From the human T2T-CHM13v2.0 reference genome, Homo sapiens, in NCBI RefSeq assembly GCF_009914755.1, contig NC_060929.1: 64,000 nucleotides of DNA, one strand, 5' to 3'. Under the pieces are notes generated by a model. That model searched no databases and was not told where the DNA came from. It saw only the letters and a program-made list of their open reading frames with translations. Position 1 is the first letter of the stretch; each line of letters opens with the position of its first letter. The position numbers and the translations under genes were made by a program. Below, piece after piece: positions 45,943-59,590 of the stretch.

Positions 45943-46457
45943 AAGGAGTTTGTTGGAGGTGAAGTACTCTTTCGACCACAAAGGTCAGAGCTTCCTGCAC
46001 AGCAGCTTGAATGCTTAGAAACAGTAACTGCTGCCCGGCCCTTTGGATGTATTTGATCCACCCAGATGGTCTACTACAGACAATTCTAGACAGAAGGACA
46101 TGGGCAGGGGGCAACTGCCTCAGGAAATCTCCCCTGGGCAAGGAGAAATTAACCAGCTTTGTTAGTCTTCCAGGGCTGCAAATGTCCTCTTCAGGAGCTA
46201 TCTTAGTTGGTGAGAGCTTGATGATGGCCAGAGATGGCTAGAAGGAGCTTGACCTTCGGTCACCTCTACTGTAAACAGCAAGAAGAATGTTCAGATGGAA
46301 ATGAATCCTTACAACCAGTTGAAATAGTGCGAAATCCACAGCAATACCATTTTGAATGATACCAAATCAGATTAGTTTATAAAGTGTCTATGCCTGGAGC
46401 TTTGGTATTTTGTGGAAATGTAATCTTGCTGCTGTTTTTTTGTTGTTATCGCACCAC

Positions 46458-47200
46458 TCTTTATGATTGAGGTTATTATTTACATTCAAAAAATGCAAGA
46501 ATCTTAAGTGTACAGTTCAATGGATTTTGACAATCTTATGCACCCATGTAACCACCACCCAAATCAGGATATAGAACATTCCCATCACCCGTATTTCAGT
46601 CACTGTCTCTCCTCCCCAGAGGAAACCACTGTTTAATTTTTGTCACTGAAGATTAGTTCTGCCCATTCTTGAACTTCATTTAAATAAAATATGGAGCCTT
46701 CTGGCTTCTTTCACTCGGCATGTTTTTAAAATTCATCCTGGTTGTTGCATGTGTGGCTCTGTAGTTTGTTCCTTTTTATTGTTATATGGCATCCCACTAT
46801 ATAAACATACCACAACTAATTCCTGTCTTCTCCTATTGGGGGACATTTGGGTTGTTTCCAATTTTTTGTGGGGTTTTTACAGGGTTGGGGAAAGAATTAA
46901 TTTTTTTAAGGCTGCTCTCTGAAAATTCTCATACCTGTCTTTTGAGCAGCCTCACTTCTGCTTATGTTTTCATTTCTCTTGGATAAATTCCCAGGATGGG
47001 GATTGCTGGGTCATAGAGTTGATGTATGTTTAACTTTATAAAAACCTGTCAGTTCTCCTAAGTTGGACCATTTTACACTCCCACCAGTGACGTATGAGAA
47101 TGACACTTGCCCCGTGTCCTCACCAACCTTAGGCAGGCCTGGGAAGGCATCTCACTGGGGTTTTAATTTGCATTTCTCTGAAGACTAATGGTGTTGATCA
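46458..47200 (-). mobile_element. L1MB/L1ME-type 3' region
   Basis: aatcttaagtgtacagttcaatggattttgacaa...ggattgctgggtcata...ttttaatttgcatttctctgaagactaatg. Confidence 0.8.
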
Positions 47201-47231
47201 ATGATTATTCAGTAATAATACTGATTTTTTT

Positions 47232-50200
47232 TTAACTTTAATTTCTGGGATACATGTGTTGAACATGCAGGTTTGTTACATAGGTATATGTGTGCCATGG
47301 TGATTTGCTGCACCCATCAACCTGTCATCTAGGTTTTAAGCCCTGCATGCATTAGGTATTTGTCCTAATGCTCTCCCTCCCCTCACTCCCCACCCCCAAC
47401 AAACCTCAGTTGTGATGTTCCCCCTCCCTATGTTCATGTGTTCTCATTGTTCACCTCCCACTTATGAGTGAGAACATGCCGTATTTGGTTTTCTGTTCCT
47501 GTGTTAGTTTGCTGAAGATGATGGTTTTCAGCTTCATCCATGTCCCTGCAAAGGACATGAACTCATTCTGTTTTATGGCTGCATAGTATTCCATGGTGTA
47601 TATGTGCCACATTTTTTTATCCAGTCTATCATTGATGGGCATTGGGTTGGTTCCAAGTCTTTGCTGTTGTAAATAGTCCTGCAATAAACATATGTGTGCA
47701 TGTGTCTTTATAGTTGAATGATGTATAATCCTTTGGATATATACCCAGTAATGGGATTGCTGGGTCAAATGGTATTTCTGGTTCTAGATTCTTGGGAAGT
47801 TGCCACACTGCTTCCACAATGGTCGAACTAATTAAACTCCCACTAACAGTGTAAAAGCATTGCTATTTCTCCACATCCTCTCCAGCATGTTGTTTCCTAA
47901 CTTTTTAATGATCGCCATTCTAACTGGCATGAGATGGTATATCATTGTGATTTTGATTTGCATTTCTCTAATGAGCAGTGATGATGAGCTTTTTTTCCTA
48001 TGTTTGTTGGCTGCATAAATGTCTTCTTTTGAGAAGTGTCTGTTCATATCCTTCGCCTACTTTTTGATGAGGTCGTTTATTTTTTTCTTGAAATTTGTTT
48101 AAGTTCCTTATAGATTCTGCATAGTAAACCTTTGTCAGATGGATAGATTGCAAAAATTTTCTCCCGTTCTGTAGGTTGCCTGTTCACGCTGATGATAGTT
48201 TATTTTATTAAGCAGAAGCTCTTTAGTTTAATTAGATCCAGTTTGTCAATTTTGGCTTTTGTTGCAATTGCTTTTGGTGCTTTAGTCATGAAGTCTATGC
48301 CCATGCCTATGTACTGAATGGTATTGCCTAGGTTTTCTTCTAGGGTTTTTATGGTGTTAGGTTTTATGTTTAAGTCTTTAATCTATCTTGAGTTAATTTT
48401 TGTATAAGATGTAAGGAAGGTGTCCAGTTTCTGTTTTCTTTATATGGCTAGCCAGTTTTCCCAGTACCATTTATTAAATAGGGAATCCTTTCCCCATTGC
48501 TTGTTTTTGTCAGGTTTGTCAAAGATCAGATGGTTGTAGATGTGTGGTGTTATTTCTGAGGCCTCTGTCCTGTTCCATTGGTTTATATATCTGTTTTGGT
48601 ACCAGTACCATGCTATCTTGGTTACTGTGGCCTTGTAGTATAGTTTGAAGTCAGGTAGCATGATGCCTTCAGCTTTGTTCTTTTTGCTTAGGATTGTCTT
48701 GGTTGTATGGGCTCTTTTTGGTTCCATATGAAATTTCAAGTAGTTTTTTTCTAGTTATGTGAAGAAAGTCGATGGTAGCTTAATGGGAATAGCATTGAAT
48801 CTATAAATTACTTTGGGCAGTATAGCTATTTCCACGATATTGATTCTTCCTATCCATGAGCATGGATTGTTTTCCATTTGTTTGTGTCCTCTCTTATTTC
48901 CTTGAGCAATGGTTTGTATTTCTCCTTGAAGAGATCCTTCATGTCCCTTGTAAGTTGTATTCCTAGGTATTTTATTTTCTTTGTAGCAATTGTGAATGGG
49001 AGGTCACTCATGATTTGGCTCTCTGCTTGTCTGTTGTTGGTGTATAGGAATGCTTGTGATCTTTGCACAATGATTTTGTATTCTGAGGCTTTGCTGAAGT
49101 CATTTATCAGCTTAAGGAGTTTTTGGGCTGAGACGATAGGGTTTTCTAAATATACAAACATGTCATCTGCAAACAGAGACAATTTGACTTTCTCTATTCC
49201 TATTCAAACATGCTTTATTTATTTCTCTTGCCCGATTGTTCTGGCCAGAACTTCCAATTCTATGTTGAATAGGAGCGGTGAGAAAGGGCATCCTTGTCTT
49301 GTGCCAGTTTTCAAAGGGAACGCTTCTAGTTTTTTGCCCATTCAGTATGACACTGGCTATGGGTTTGTCACAAATAGATTTATTATTTTGAGGTATGTTC
49401 CACCAATACCTAGTTTATTGAGAGTTTTTAGCATGAAGGAGTGTCGAATTTTATCAAAGGCCTTTTCTGCAACTATTGAGATAATCATGTGGTTTTTGTC
49501 ATTGGTTCGGTTTATGTGATGGATTACATTTATTGATTTGCATATGTTGAACCAGCCTTGCTTCTCAGGGATGAAGCCGACTTGATCGTGATGGATAAGC
49601 CTTTTCATGTGCTGCTGGATTTGGTTTGACAGTATTTTATTGAGGGTTTTTGAATCGATGTTCATCAGGGATATTGGCCTGGAATTTCCTTTTTCAGTTG
49701 TGTCTCTGCCAGGTTTTGGAATCAGGTTGATGCTGGCCTCATAAAATGAGTTAGGGAGGAGTCCCTCTTTTTTTTATTGTTTGGAATAGTTTCAGAAGGA
49801 ATGGTACCAGCTCCTCTTTGTACCTCTGATAGAATTCAGCTGTGAATCCGTCTGGTCCTGGGCTTTTTTTGGTTGGTAGACTATTAATTACTGCCTCAGT
49901 TTCAGAACTTGTCTATTCAGGGATTCAATTTCTTCCTGGTTTAGACTTGGGAGGGTGTATGTGTCAAGGAATTTATCCATTTCTTCTAGATTTTCTAGTT
50001 TATTTGCATAGAGGTTTTATAGTATTCTCTGATGGTAGTTTGTATTTCTGTGGGATCAGTGGTGATATCCCTTTTTTTGTTTTTTATTGTGTCTATTTGA
50101 TTTTTCCCTCTTTTCTTCTTTATTAGCCTGGCTAGCAGCATATATATTTTATTAATCTTTTCAGAAAACTAGCTCCTGGATTCATTGATTTTTTTGAAGT

Positions 50201-51052
50201 GTTTTTCGTGTCTGTATCTCCTTCAGTTTTCCTCTGATCTTAGTTATTTCTTATCTTCTGCTAGCTGTTTGCTCTTGCTTCTCTAGTTCTTTTAATTGTG
50301 ATGTTAGGTGTCGATTTTAAGGGATCTTTCCCGCTTTCTGATGTGGGCATTTAGTGCTATAAATTTCCCTCTAAACACTGCTTTAGCTGTGTTCCAGAGA
50401 TTCTGGTACATTGTCTGTTTATTCTCATTGGTTTCAAAGAACTTTATTATTTCTGCCTTAATTTCATTATTTACCCAGTAGTCATTCAGGAGCAGGTTGT
50501 TCAGTTTCCATGTAGTTGTGTGGTTTTGAGTGAGTTTCTTAATCCTGAGTTCTAATTTGATTGCACTGGGGTCTGAGAGACTGACTGTTGTGATTTCCGT
50601 TCTTTTGCATTTGCTGAGGAGTGTTTTACTTCCAATTATGTGGTTTATTTTAGAATAAGTATGATGTGGTGCTGAGAAGAATACATATTCTGTTGATTTG
50701 GGGTGGAGAGTTCTGTAGATGTCTATTAGGTCCACTTGGTCCAGAGCTGAGTTCAAGTCCTGAATATCCTTGTTAATTTTCTGTCTCATTGATCTGTCTA
50801 ATATTGGCGGTAGGGTGTTAAAGTCTTCCACTATTATTGTGTGGGAGTCTAAGTCTCTATGTAAGTCTTTAAGAACTTGTTTTATGAATCTGGGTGCTCC
50901 TATATTTGGTGCAAATATATTTAGGATAGTTAGCTCTTCTTGTTGCATTGATCCCTTTACCATTATATGATGCCCTTCTTTGTCTTTTTTGATCTTTGTT
51001 GGTTTAAAGTCTGTTTTATCAGGGACTAGAATTGCAACCCCTGCTTTTTTGT

Positions 51053-51083
<31 letters not shown>

Positions 51084-53728
51084 GCTTTCCATCATCTGCT
51101 TGGTAAATACTCCTCAGCCCTTTATTTTGAGCCTATGTGTGTCTTTGCATGTGAGATGGGTCTCCTGAATAGAGCACACTGATAGGTCTTGACTCTTTAT
51201 CCAATTTGGCAGTCTGTGTCTTTTAACTGGGGCATTTAGCCCATTTCATTTTAGGTTAATATTGTTATGTGTGAATTTGATCCTGTCATTATGATGCTAG
51301 CTTGTTATGTTGCCCATTAGTTGATGCAGATTTTTCATGGTGTTGATGGTCTTTACAATTTGGTATGTTGTTGCAGTGGCTGGTACCGGTTTTTCCTTTC
51401 CATATTTAGTGCTTCCTTCAGGAGTTCTTGTAAGGCAGGCTTGGTGATGACAAAATCCCTCAGCATTTGCTTGTCTGTAAAGGATTTTATTTCTCCTTCA
51501 CTTATGAAAGTTAGTTTGGCTGGATATGAAATTCTGGGTTAAAAATTCTTTTAAGAATGTTGAATATTGGCTCCCACTCTCTTCCGGTGAGTAGGGTTCC
51601 CTTTGTAGGTAACCTGACCTTTTTCTCTGGCTGCCCTTAACATTTTTTCCTTCGTTTGAACCTTGGAGAGTCTGACAATTTTGTGTCCTGGGGTTGCTGG
51701 TTGCTCTTCTCAGGGAGTATCTTAGCAGTGTTCTCTGTATTTCCTGAATTTAAATGTTGACCTGTCTTGCCAGGTTGGGGAAGTTTTCCCTGATAATATC
51801 CTGAAGTGTGTTTTTCAACTTGGTTCCCTTCTCCCCGTCAATGTCAGGGACTCCAATCAATTGTAAGTTTGGTCTTTTCACATAGTCCCATATTTCTTGG
51901 AGGATTTGTTCATTCCTTTTCATTCTTTTTTCTCTAATCTTGTCTTCACACCTATTTCAGTAAGTTGATCTTCAGTCTCTGATACCCTTTCTTCTGCTTG
52001 ATTGATTCAGCTATTGATACTTGTGTATGCTTCAGAAAGTTCTCCTGCTGTGTTTTTCAGCTCCAACAGGCCATTTATATTCTTCTCTAAACTAGTTATT
52101 CTAGTTAGCAGTTCCTGTAACCTTTTTTCAAAGTTCTTAGCTTCCTCGCATTGGGTTAGAATGTGCTCCTTTAGCTCAGAGGAGTTTGTTATTACCCACC
52201 TTCTGAAGCCTACTTCTGTCAATTCATCAAACTCATTGTCTATCCAGTTTTGTGCCCTTGCTGGAGAGAAGTTGCGATCATTTGAAGGATAAGAGGCATT
52301 CTGGTTTTGGAATTTTCAGCATTTTTGTGCTGGTTTTTCCTTGTCTTCATGGATTTATCTACCTTTAATCTTTGAGGCTGATGACCTTTGAATGGGGTTT
52401 CTGTGTGGGAGTCCTTTTTGTTGACATTGATGTTACTGCTGTCTGTTTGTTAGTTTTTCTCCTAACAGTCAGGCCCCTCTTCTGCAGGTCTGCTGCAGTT
52501 TGATGGCGGTCGGCTCCAGAGCCTATTTGCCTGGGTATTACCAGCAGAGGCTACAGAACAGTAAAGATTCCTGCCTGCTCCTTCCTCTGGAAGGTTCTTC
52601 CCCAACGGGCACCAGCCTGATGCCAGCTGGAGTTCTCCTGTATGAGGTGTCTGTCAACCCCTGTTCGGAGGTCTCTCCCAGTCAGGAGACATGGGAGTCA
52701 GGGACCTACTTGAGGAGGCAGTCTGTCCCTTAGTAGAGCTTGAGCGCTGTGCTAGGAGAACCTTCCTTGTCAGGATCTGCTGCTCTCTTCAGAGCAGGAA
52801 GGCAGGAACATTTATGTCTGCTGAAGCTGTGCCCAAAGCTGCCCTTTCCCCCAGGTGCTCTGTCCTAGGGAGATGGGAGTTTTATCTATAAGCCCCTAAC
52901 TGGGGCTGCTGCCTTTCTTTCAGAGATGCCCTGCCCAGAGAAGAGGAATCTAGAGAGGCAGTCTGGCCACAGCCACTTTGCCATGCTGTGTTGAGCTCCA
53001 CCCAGTCTGAACTTCCAGGCCTCCTTAGTGCCGACAGTGGGAAAAACCGCCTACTCAAGCCTTAGTAATGGCGGACGCCCCTGCCCCCCACCAAGCTCGA
53101 GTGTCCCAGGTGGACTTCAGACAGCTGTGCTGGCAGTGAGAATTTCAAGCCAGTGGTTCTTAGCTTCCTGGGCTCCGTGGGAGTGGGACCTGCTGAGCAA
53201 GACCACTTGGCTCCCTGGCTGAAGCCTTTCAAGGGTAGTGAATGGTTCTGTCTCACTGGGGTTCCAGGTGCCACTGGGGTATGAAAAAAACAAAAACAAA
53301 AGCAAAAACAAAGAATACTCCTACAGCTAGCTTGGTGTCTGCCTGAACAGTTGCCCAATTTTGTGCTTGAAACCCAGGGCCGTGGTGGTGTAGGCATACG
53401 AAGGAATCCCCTGGTCTGTGGATTGCAAAAACCATGAGAAAAGCGTAGTATCTGGGCTGGATAGCACCATCCCTCATGGCTTCCCTTGGATGGGAAAGGG
53501 AGGCCCCCCTCCACCGCTCCTTGCACTCCCCACTCCCCAGGTGAGGTGACACCCCACCCTGCTTCTGCTTGCCCTCTGTGGGCTGCACCCACTGCCCAGC
53601 CAGTCCCAGTGAGATGAACAGTGTACCCCAGTTGGAAATGCAGAAATCCCCCACCTTTTGTGTTGATCACGCTGGGAGCTGCAGACCAGAGCTGTTCCTA
53701 TTTGGCCATCTTGCCAGATGCCCTCAAG
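47232..53728 (-). mobile_element. Full-length L1PA7/8-type LINE-1, both ORFs disrupted
   Basis: 5' UTR with YY1 site caagatggcc. ORF1 coiled-coil piece 52007-52222, endonuclease 50304-51095, RT pieces 48850-49665, 3' UTR. TSD actgattttttt at 47220-47231 / 53729-53740 with a TTTT/AA site. Confidence 0.96.
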
Positions 53729-53876
53729 ACTGATTTTTTTAATCATCACTTTTAAAATCTACAAAACAGGCTATGGCAGGGGAACCTGAACTGAGTGTGT
53801 TATCTGAGCATATCTGAAAGGCAGGTGGGGTGTGCCCGGAAGGACTCTACCTGCAGAAGGTGAGAGGAGCCACTAG

Positions 53877-54275
<399 letters not shown>

Positions 54276-54622
54276 ACATATGTGAATCTTGAAGACATTA
54301 TGGTAAGTGAAATAAGCCAGTCACAAACAGATGAACACTGTATAATACCACTTACATGAGCTCCCTAGAATAGGCAAATTCATAGAGGCAGAGAGTAGAA
54401 TAGAGGTTACCAGAGCATGAGGGTAGGGCAGGAATGATGAGTTATCGTTTCATGGGTAGAGTTTCAGTTTGGGATGATGGAAATAGTTCTGGAGCTGGAT
54501 GGTGGTGCTGGTTACACAACAATGTAAAAGTACTTAATGCCACAGAATTATACAGTAAAAAAAAAAAGGTTAAAATGGGAAGTTTCATGTTATGTATATT
54601 TTATCACAATGAAAACAAAATA
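54276..54622 (+). mobile_element. L1MB 3' end
   Basis: gaatcttgaagacattatggtaagtgaaataagccagtcacaaa...tgttatgtatattttatcacaat. Confidence 0.85.
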
Positions 54623-55091
54623 AGCAGTTAAGTAACTTGCCCAAGACACAGAGCTAGTAATGAGCAGAATGAGGATTAACAGTCAGGTGCTCCAGTTCAG
54701 AGCCTGCACTGTCTACCTTTTCCAGAGACACTTCCAAATTGGGAGGTGGCACCAGCTAGCAGGCATCTGTTGGTCCTTGCTGGACATCAAAGGCATAAAT
54801 ATGTGGCAAAAGATTCTCCAAAAAGAGAAACAAATGTCCACCACACGGTGATTGGGAGGGCGACATTCCTGAACACACGACATGTTTCCTGGTCATCTCC
54901 AGAAATAATAGAGGAAGAGACTAGACAGCTCATAGTAACATGTGGGAATGAGTGACTGATGTGGTTATTCTAATTCTATTTTTAAAATATACCTGGTGTA
55001 GCCAGAGACATACCAGCTACAAGGGCAAAACTTTACAGATGTGTGGGTACCGGAAAATATTTGGAAATTTATGGTTAATGCATATATATGA

Positions 55092-55158
55092 GGGAGTCTC
55101 TGAACCTATTCTGGTTCAGGAGGCTGCCTGAAAAGAAAAGAAAATTTAATATTAAAAA
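55092..55158 (+). mobile_element. Very short A-tailed retroposed hairpin, probably ERV1 (MER57-like) LTR R-region-derived
   Basis: 39-nt body plus A-rich tail, flanked by a 13/15 direct repeat at 55077-55091 / 55159-55173. Confidence 0.55.
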
Positions 55159-55419
55159 AATACATCTATATGAAGTCCAAGTACAATATGATGATTTTTT
55201 TCATTACTTGATGGCCTGTACCTTTCATGCCTTTTTAACTGTGGAGGGTATATCAAAATGTAAAGTATTCTTTTGTATATTCCATTCTACTTAAGGTGAT
55301 TCAAACAGGTTAAATTTTTCAGTCTCTGGAATTTAGCAGGATTTAGCAGAGTACATATTATAAACAAATATGTAGAACAGGTGATACATGCTGGGAGAGT
55401 GGTTGTCTACATCACTGTA

Positions 55420-56170
55420 AATATACCAAAGAGAAAGGCATTGATGCCAAGCATGGCTGTTGCAAGATACAAGTCGGGGAAGCTCTAAAAGTGACATTTG
55501 ATGTGGCTTCTGCAATCAGTAGGAATTTTCCAGGCAGACAACAGGGGTGAGGAGGGGATATTCTAAGCAAAGGAAAGAGCCTGGGCTGAGACACAAGGGA
55601 CATCACATTGACAGTGGGTACAGGCAACAGAAATTAATGCAGTAGGACTGAAGCTGTGTTTCTCATTGTGCAGACCTGCATAAGAACCACTTGGGGTGCT
55701 TGTTTGGATCCCACACAAGCAGATCCCTGGGTCCCAGCCCAGCCCTCCTAAGTGGGACATTTCTAGTAACCGAGGAGGGGAATACATTTTCAACGATATC
55801 CTCCTCGTGATTCTTAGCACACAAAAGTGCAGTGGAGGGGATCACTGAGCTGGATTGGGGAGCCCCTGGTTGGAAATGAGTGTGGAGAAGCAGGCTGGGG
55901 CAAGGTTGCAAAGGATCTTGTACTATAGGCAGTTGTATTTGGAAGGTAGACAGAAAGGAGATAACCTGATTGTGGGCAGATTCTGGAAAAGGTGGGAGGG
56001 GGAAGGGAAAGTGCAGCTGCAGTGAAGCAAGTTTTCTTATTGAGAGGTGAGTTGTGATGGTGGATGAGGGCTGAGAGACAATGAATACTGGTGATACTGG
56101 ATTCACGGGGCTCGATGATGCATGAGAACTGAGCGTGGAGTCCAGGAGGCAGGAGCTTCGAGAGACCTGA
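55420..56170 (-). mobile_element. L2 relic with a nested MER5-like piece (~55650-55800)
   Basis: aaagtgacatttga...gtaggaattttccaggcagac...attctaagcaaaggaaagagcctgggc. Confidence 0.55.
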
Positions 56171-56835
56171 AGAGAACACTGATTCCCAGCATTCTCACTG
56201 CAGGTCTTGTGGAACCCAGTGTGGGCCCGTCCCGCTGCATGGCTGCAGCTTTATTGGTGTAAACTTGTAGGGACATGTGGTTAGTGCCAGGTGCTTTTAT
56301 TAAGGATGCTGTTTCCCTATTCCTGAGGACTCACGGGAATTTTGAGAACCAACTTCTCCCATTTTTATGAGACAAGAACGCAAACACTTTAGGAAATATA
56401 TGGTTATTACTTTTCTGTGGTAATAACCATTTATAAGCTGTGGGTGTTTTCAGAAAGTATTTGATGGAGAATGCTACACTCTTACTAAAACCCCAAGGGG
56501 AACATCACTTCTTTACTCTTTTTACTCTTTCATTGTGTGTCACCTTTACTTGTCAACTTCAGGGTACATAAAGTTGCTTCCAGGTGCATAAAAAGAGTAT
56601 GGGAAACCCCTATAGTTTAACTTTATAACAAAAAAGTATATTCAAAAGAGCTTATAATTGCATAGCAAAAACTAACACAAAAACAAAACACATTCATGCA
56701 GGAATAAAAAGGGGTCTCCTAAAAGTCGGTTTTCACACCTCTGTTAGAAAACGAAGTTTCGAAGTATCCTCAAGCTTTTGGTCTATTACCTGTGAGTACC
56801 TCACCTATGACATGGATGGACACTGTGACTAGTTC

Positions 56836-57035
56836 ACAGCAAGATTTCTCCTCCTAGGCACTGTTGACATTTTAGGCTGGATACTTCTTGTTTGAAGGTG
56901 GTGAGCCTGTCCTGTGTATTATAAGATGTTTAGTAGCATCCATGGCCTCTACCTACAAAATGCCAGTAGTAACCCTTCTTCCCAAGGTCATAACAATTAA
57001 AAATGTCTCCAGGCTTTACCAAATGTCTCCTGGGG
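56836..57035. mobile_element. MER20
   Basis: ggcactgttgacattttaggctggatacttcttg...tagcatccatggcctctaccta...aaaaatgtctccagg...ccaaatgtctcctgggg. Confidence 0.85.
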
Positions 57036-57036
57036 T

Positions 57037-57212
57037 ATAGTTCTCAGATGTATAAAATAAAAATACAGGACCCTTAGTTACGTTTGAATTCCAAATAATG
57101 GACAAACTTTTTAGTAGAAGTATGTCCCAAATATTGCATTGGACATACTTACACTAAAAACGAATTTTTATCAGATGTAACTGCTGGCCTGTATTTTATT
57201 TGATTGCCCTAC
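57037..57212. mobile_element. MER53 palindromic MITE
   Basis: Central inverted repeat tttttagtagaagtatgtcc / ggacatacttacactaaaaa; outer aaaatacagg / cctgtatttt. Confidence 0.85.
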
Positions 57213-58516
57213 CTGGGCAGCCAACAAGATCGTTGATGTACGAAACAGGATGTGTGTGAGGTGCCTGGCACATGGTGGGTGCATTATAAATATTCAAGGA
57301 ATCCGCTGCGTACCTTTGAATCCACTTTACCCGTGTCCCTGCTGTAGTCTGCAATTGGTACTCGAGCCTGCCTATCCTTTGCCAAAACTGTCATGAGAGT
57401 GGGTGTGAGGAGATAGAAAGCCCACATTTGAATCTGCAAGTTCTGGGAACTAGCATTCTGGTCAAAGCTGGTTTTACATCCACCTCTGCCAGAGGGAGCA
57501 TCAATCTGCCTATGCTCGAGCACTTTGTCACTGTGGTCTCCCTGAGTCATTAGATCATTTCTGGTAAGTAGCATTCAGAGAAGTGATAGTGAATGAAAAA
57601 CTGCTGCATTAGTCCCAGACTCAGTCACTCTGCATTTGATTTTTCCAGCAGCATAGCCCTAGAAAACCGTTCACTGGGATGCAGCAGGACCAATCATTTC
57701 CACATTCAGTTGCAGCTAGGAACTTATTTCTGAGCCAAGATGAATGACCCAAATAGCCTTTCCAGAGAGCAGAGGTGAAATTTAACTCTGGGTAGTTGCC
57801 TGACATTTTGAGACAAAGGAGAAAGGGGATGGGGAATGAAGAAAAATAGCATTTGAATGTCTCCTGCAGGGTCATAAATCTGGATGGGCAAAAGTGGATT
57901 GCATCTCTGCCAACAATTTAATTAATTTGGGCTTCTTTTAATCTCTATGATTCATATAACCTGAAGGAAACATGCTTTAAAGCTGTATTGTAGGAAGAGC
58001 CTCCTTTGAGTTACATATCAGTATATTAACTCTTGGATGTTTTATTTTTCCAGAAGGAAGTCTAAGTTGTGTGTGGGGGAAGTACTAGGTTTGTTCACAA
58101 AAAAATGCATTCATTGCTTTGGGGGAAAGCCCCGTTCCTGTCTGACTGTAGTGAGATGAATCATTAGAAGTGTAATCACAGCCCAGGGGAGGAAAAACAA
58201 GAGTAAAGGATTCTGATGGCTCCCAGCAAAGCCTGAGAGTGGGCTGGAGATTTGCATTTGCTTATTCTTGCTGGTGAGCCTTTGCTGATCATCTCCAACT
58301 TATAAAAAGTTGCAAGTCTATGGGAAACTGTTTTGAAACAAGGTAATACAAAATGGCAGCTATGACACTACAGAATAGCTTGGGGACATATCTAGCTGGG
58401 ATGTGTATTGCGTTGGGGCAGGATGTATATTGTGTTGGGGCTCAAATGAGCAGATGCGAAGCCTTTTATGGCTTTGCTACTCAACAGAAAGGTGTTTCAT
58501 TTTTTAATCCCTATGA

Positions 58517-58834
<318 letters not shown>

Positions 58835-59164
58835 TAATCGCTATGATTTTTAAAAGTGAAATTATCAGGCAAGAAGAAATGTCAAAAGGGAAAAAAAAGA
58901 AATAAAAATTAAACGATTCCATTTTGTGTCTTCAGTGGTAATTCAAGTAACCATGATTTTCTATGTTTCTTCCTCCTCAATCCCACAGTTTGGGGCTCAC
59001 CAATTCCTTAACATACGCTCTGCCAAATATTAGGGTGCCAGGAAGTATATTGGCAAAGGAATATAGATGTGTCTTGATTTTATAACAGGTATATTGTTCC
59101 ATTTTCAGTAACGTGATGGGCTATGTTATTGGGACTACCCACAAAAAACAACCGAAAAGAGTTT

Positions 59165-59590
59165 AACATGACAAATAGGAGGAAAAAATCAGTGAGTGTA
59201 TAGATGATTTGAACAACACAATCAACAAACTTGACCTAATAGATGTATGTAGACACTGCACCCAATACCTGTAGGGTACACAATCTTTTGGAGCATACGT
59301 GGAGCATTTATAAAAATGGACTATATACTGTGCTATAAAGCAAGCTCCAGTGTATTTCAAAAAAACTACTAAGCATGTGTTCTTTTTTTTTTTTTTTTTT
59401 TTTGTATTTTTAGTAGAGACAGGGTTTCGCCATGTTGGTCAGGCTAGTCTCGAACTCCTGACCTCCTGATCTGCCCGCCTCAGCCTCCCAAAGTGCTGGG
59501 ATTACAGGCGTGAGCCATCGCGCCCCGCGTATGTGCTCTTATCACAGTGAAATTAAGCCAAGAAATCAGCTTTTTGAAAATTAGGAAACA
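59165..59590 (+). mobile_element. Old L1M ORF2 endonuclease fragment interrupted by an Alu monomer
   Basis: gatgatttgaacaacacaatcaacaaacttgacctaatagatgtatgtaga (DDLNNTINKLDLIDV). Confidence 0.75.
59385..59528 (-). mobile_element. AluS-type left arm only, with poly(A)
   Basis: Left arm ends at ctactaaaaatac then ~21 A. Degenerate TSD at 59373-59384 / 59529-59540. Confidence 0.9.

Noticed and set aside
45019-46061. 320-aa and 226-aa His/Thr/Pro/Tyr-rich ORFs
   Set aside because: They are translations of the CA-rich strand of a low-complexity tract that lacks stop codons.
48878-49519. 213-aa plus-strand ORF
   Set aside because: Antisense frame of L1 ORF2, common in L1 copies.
53062-53749. Overlapping 202-, 133- and 91-aa minus-strand ORFs
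   Set aside because: They lie in the GC-rich L1 5' UTR and show no recognisable protein similarity.
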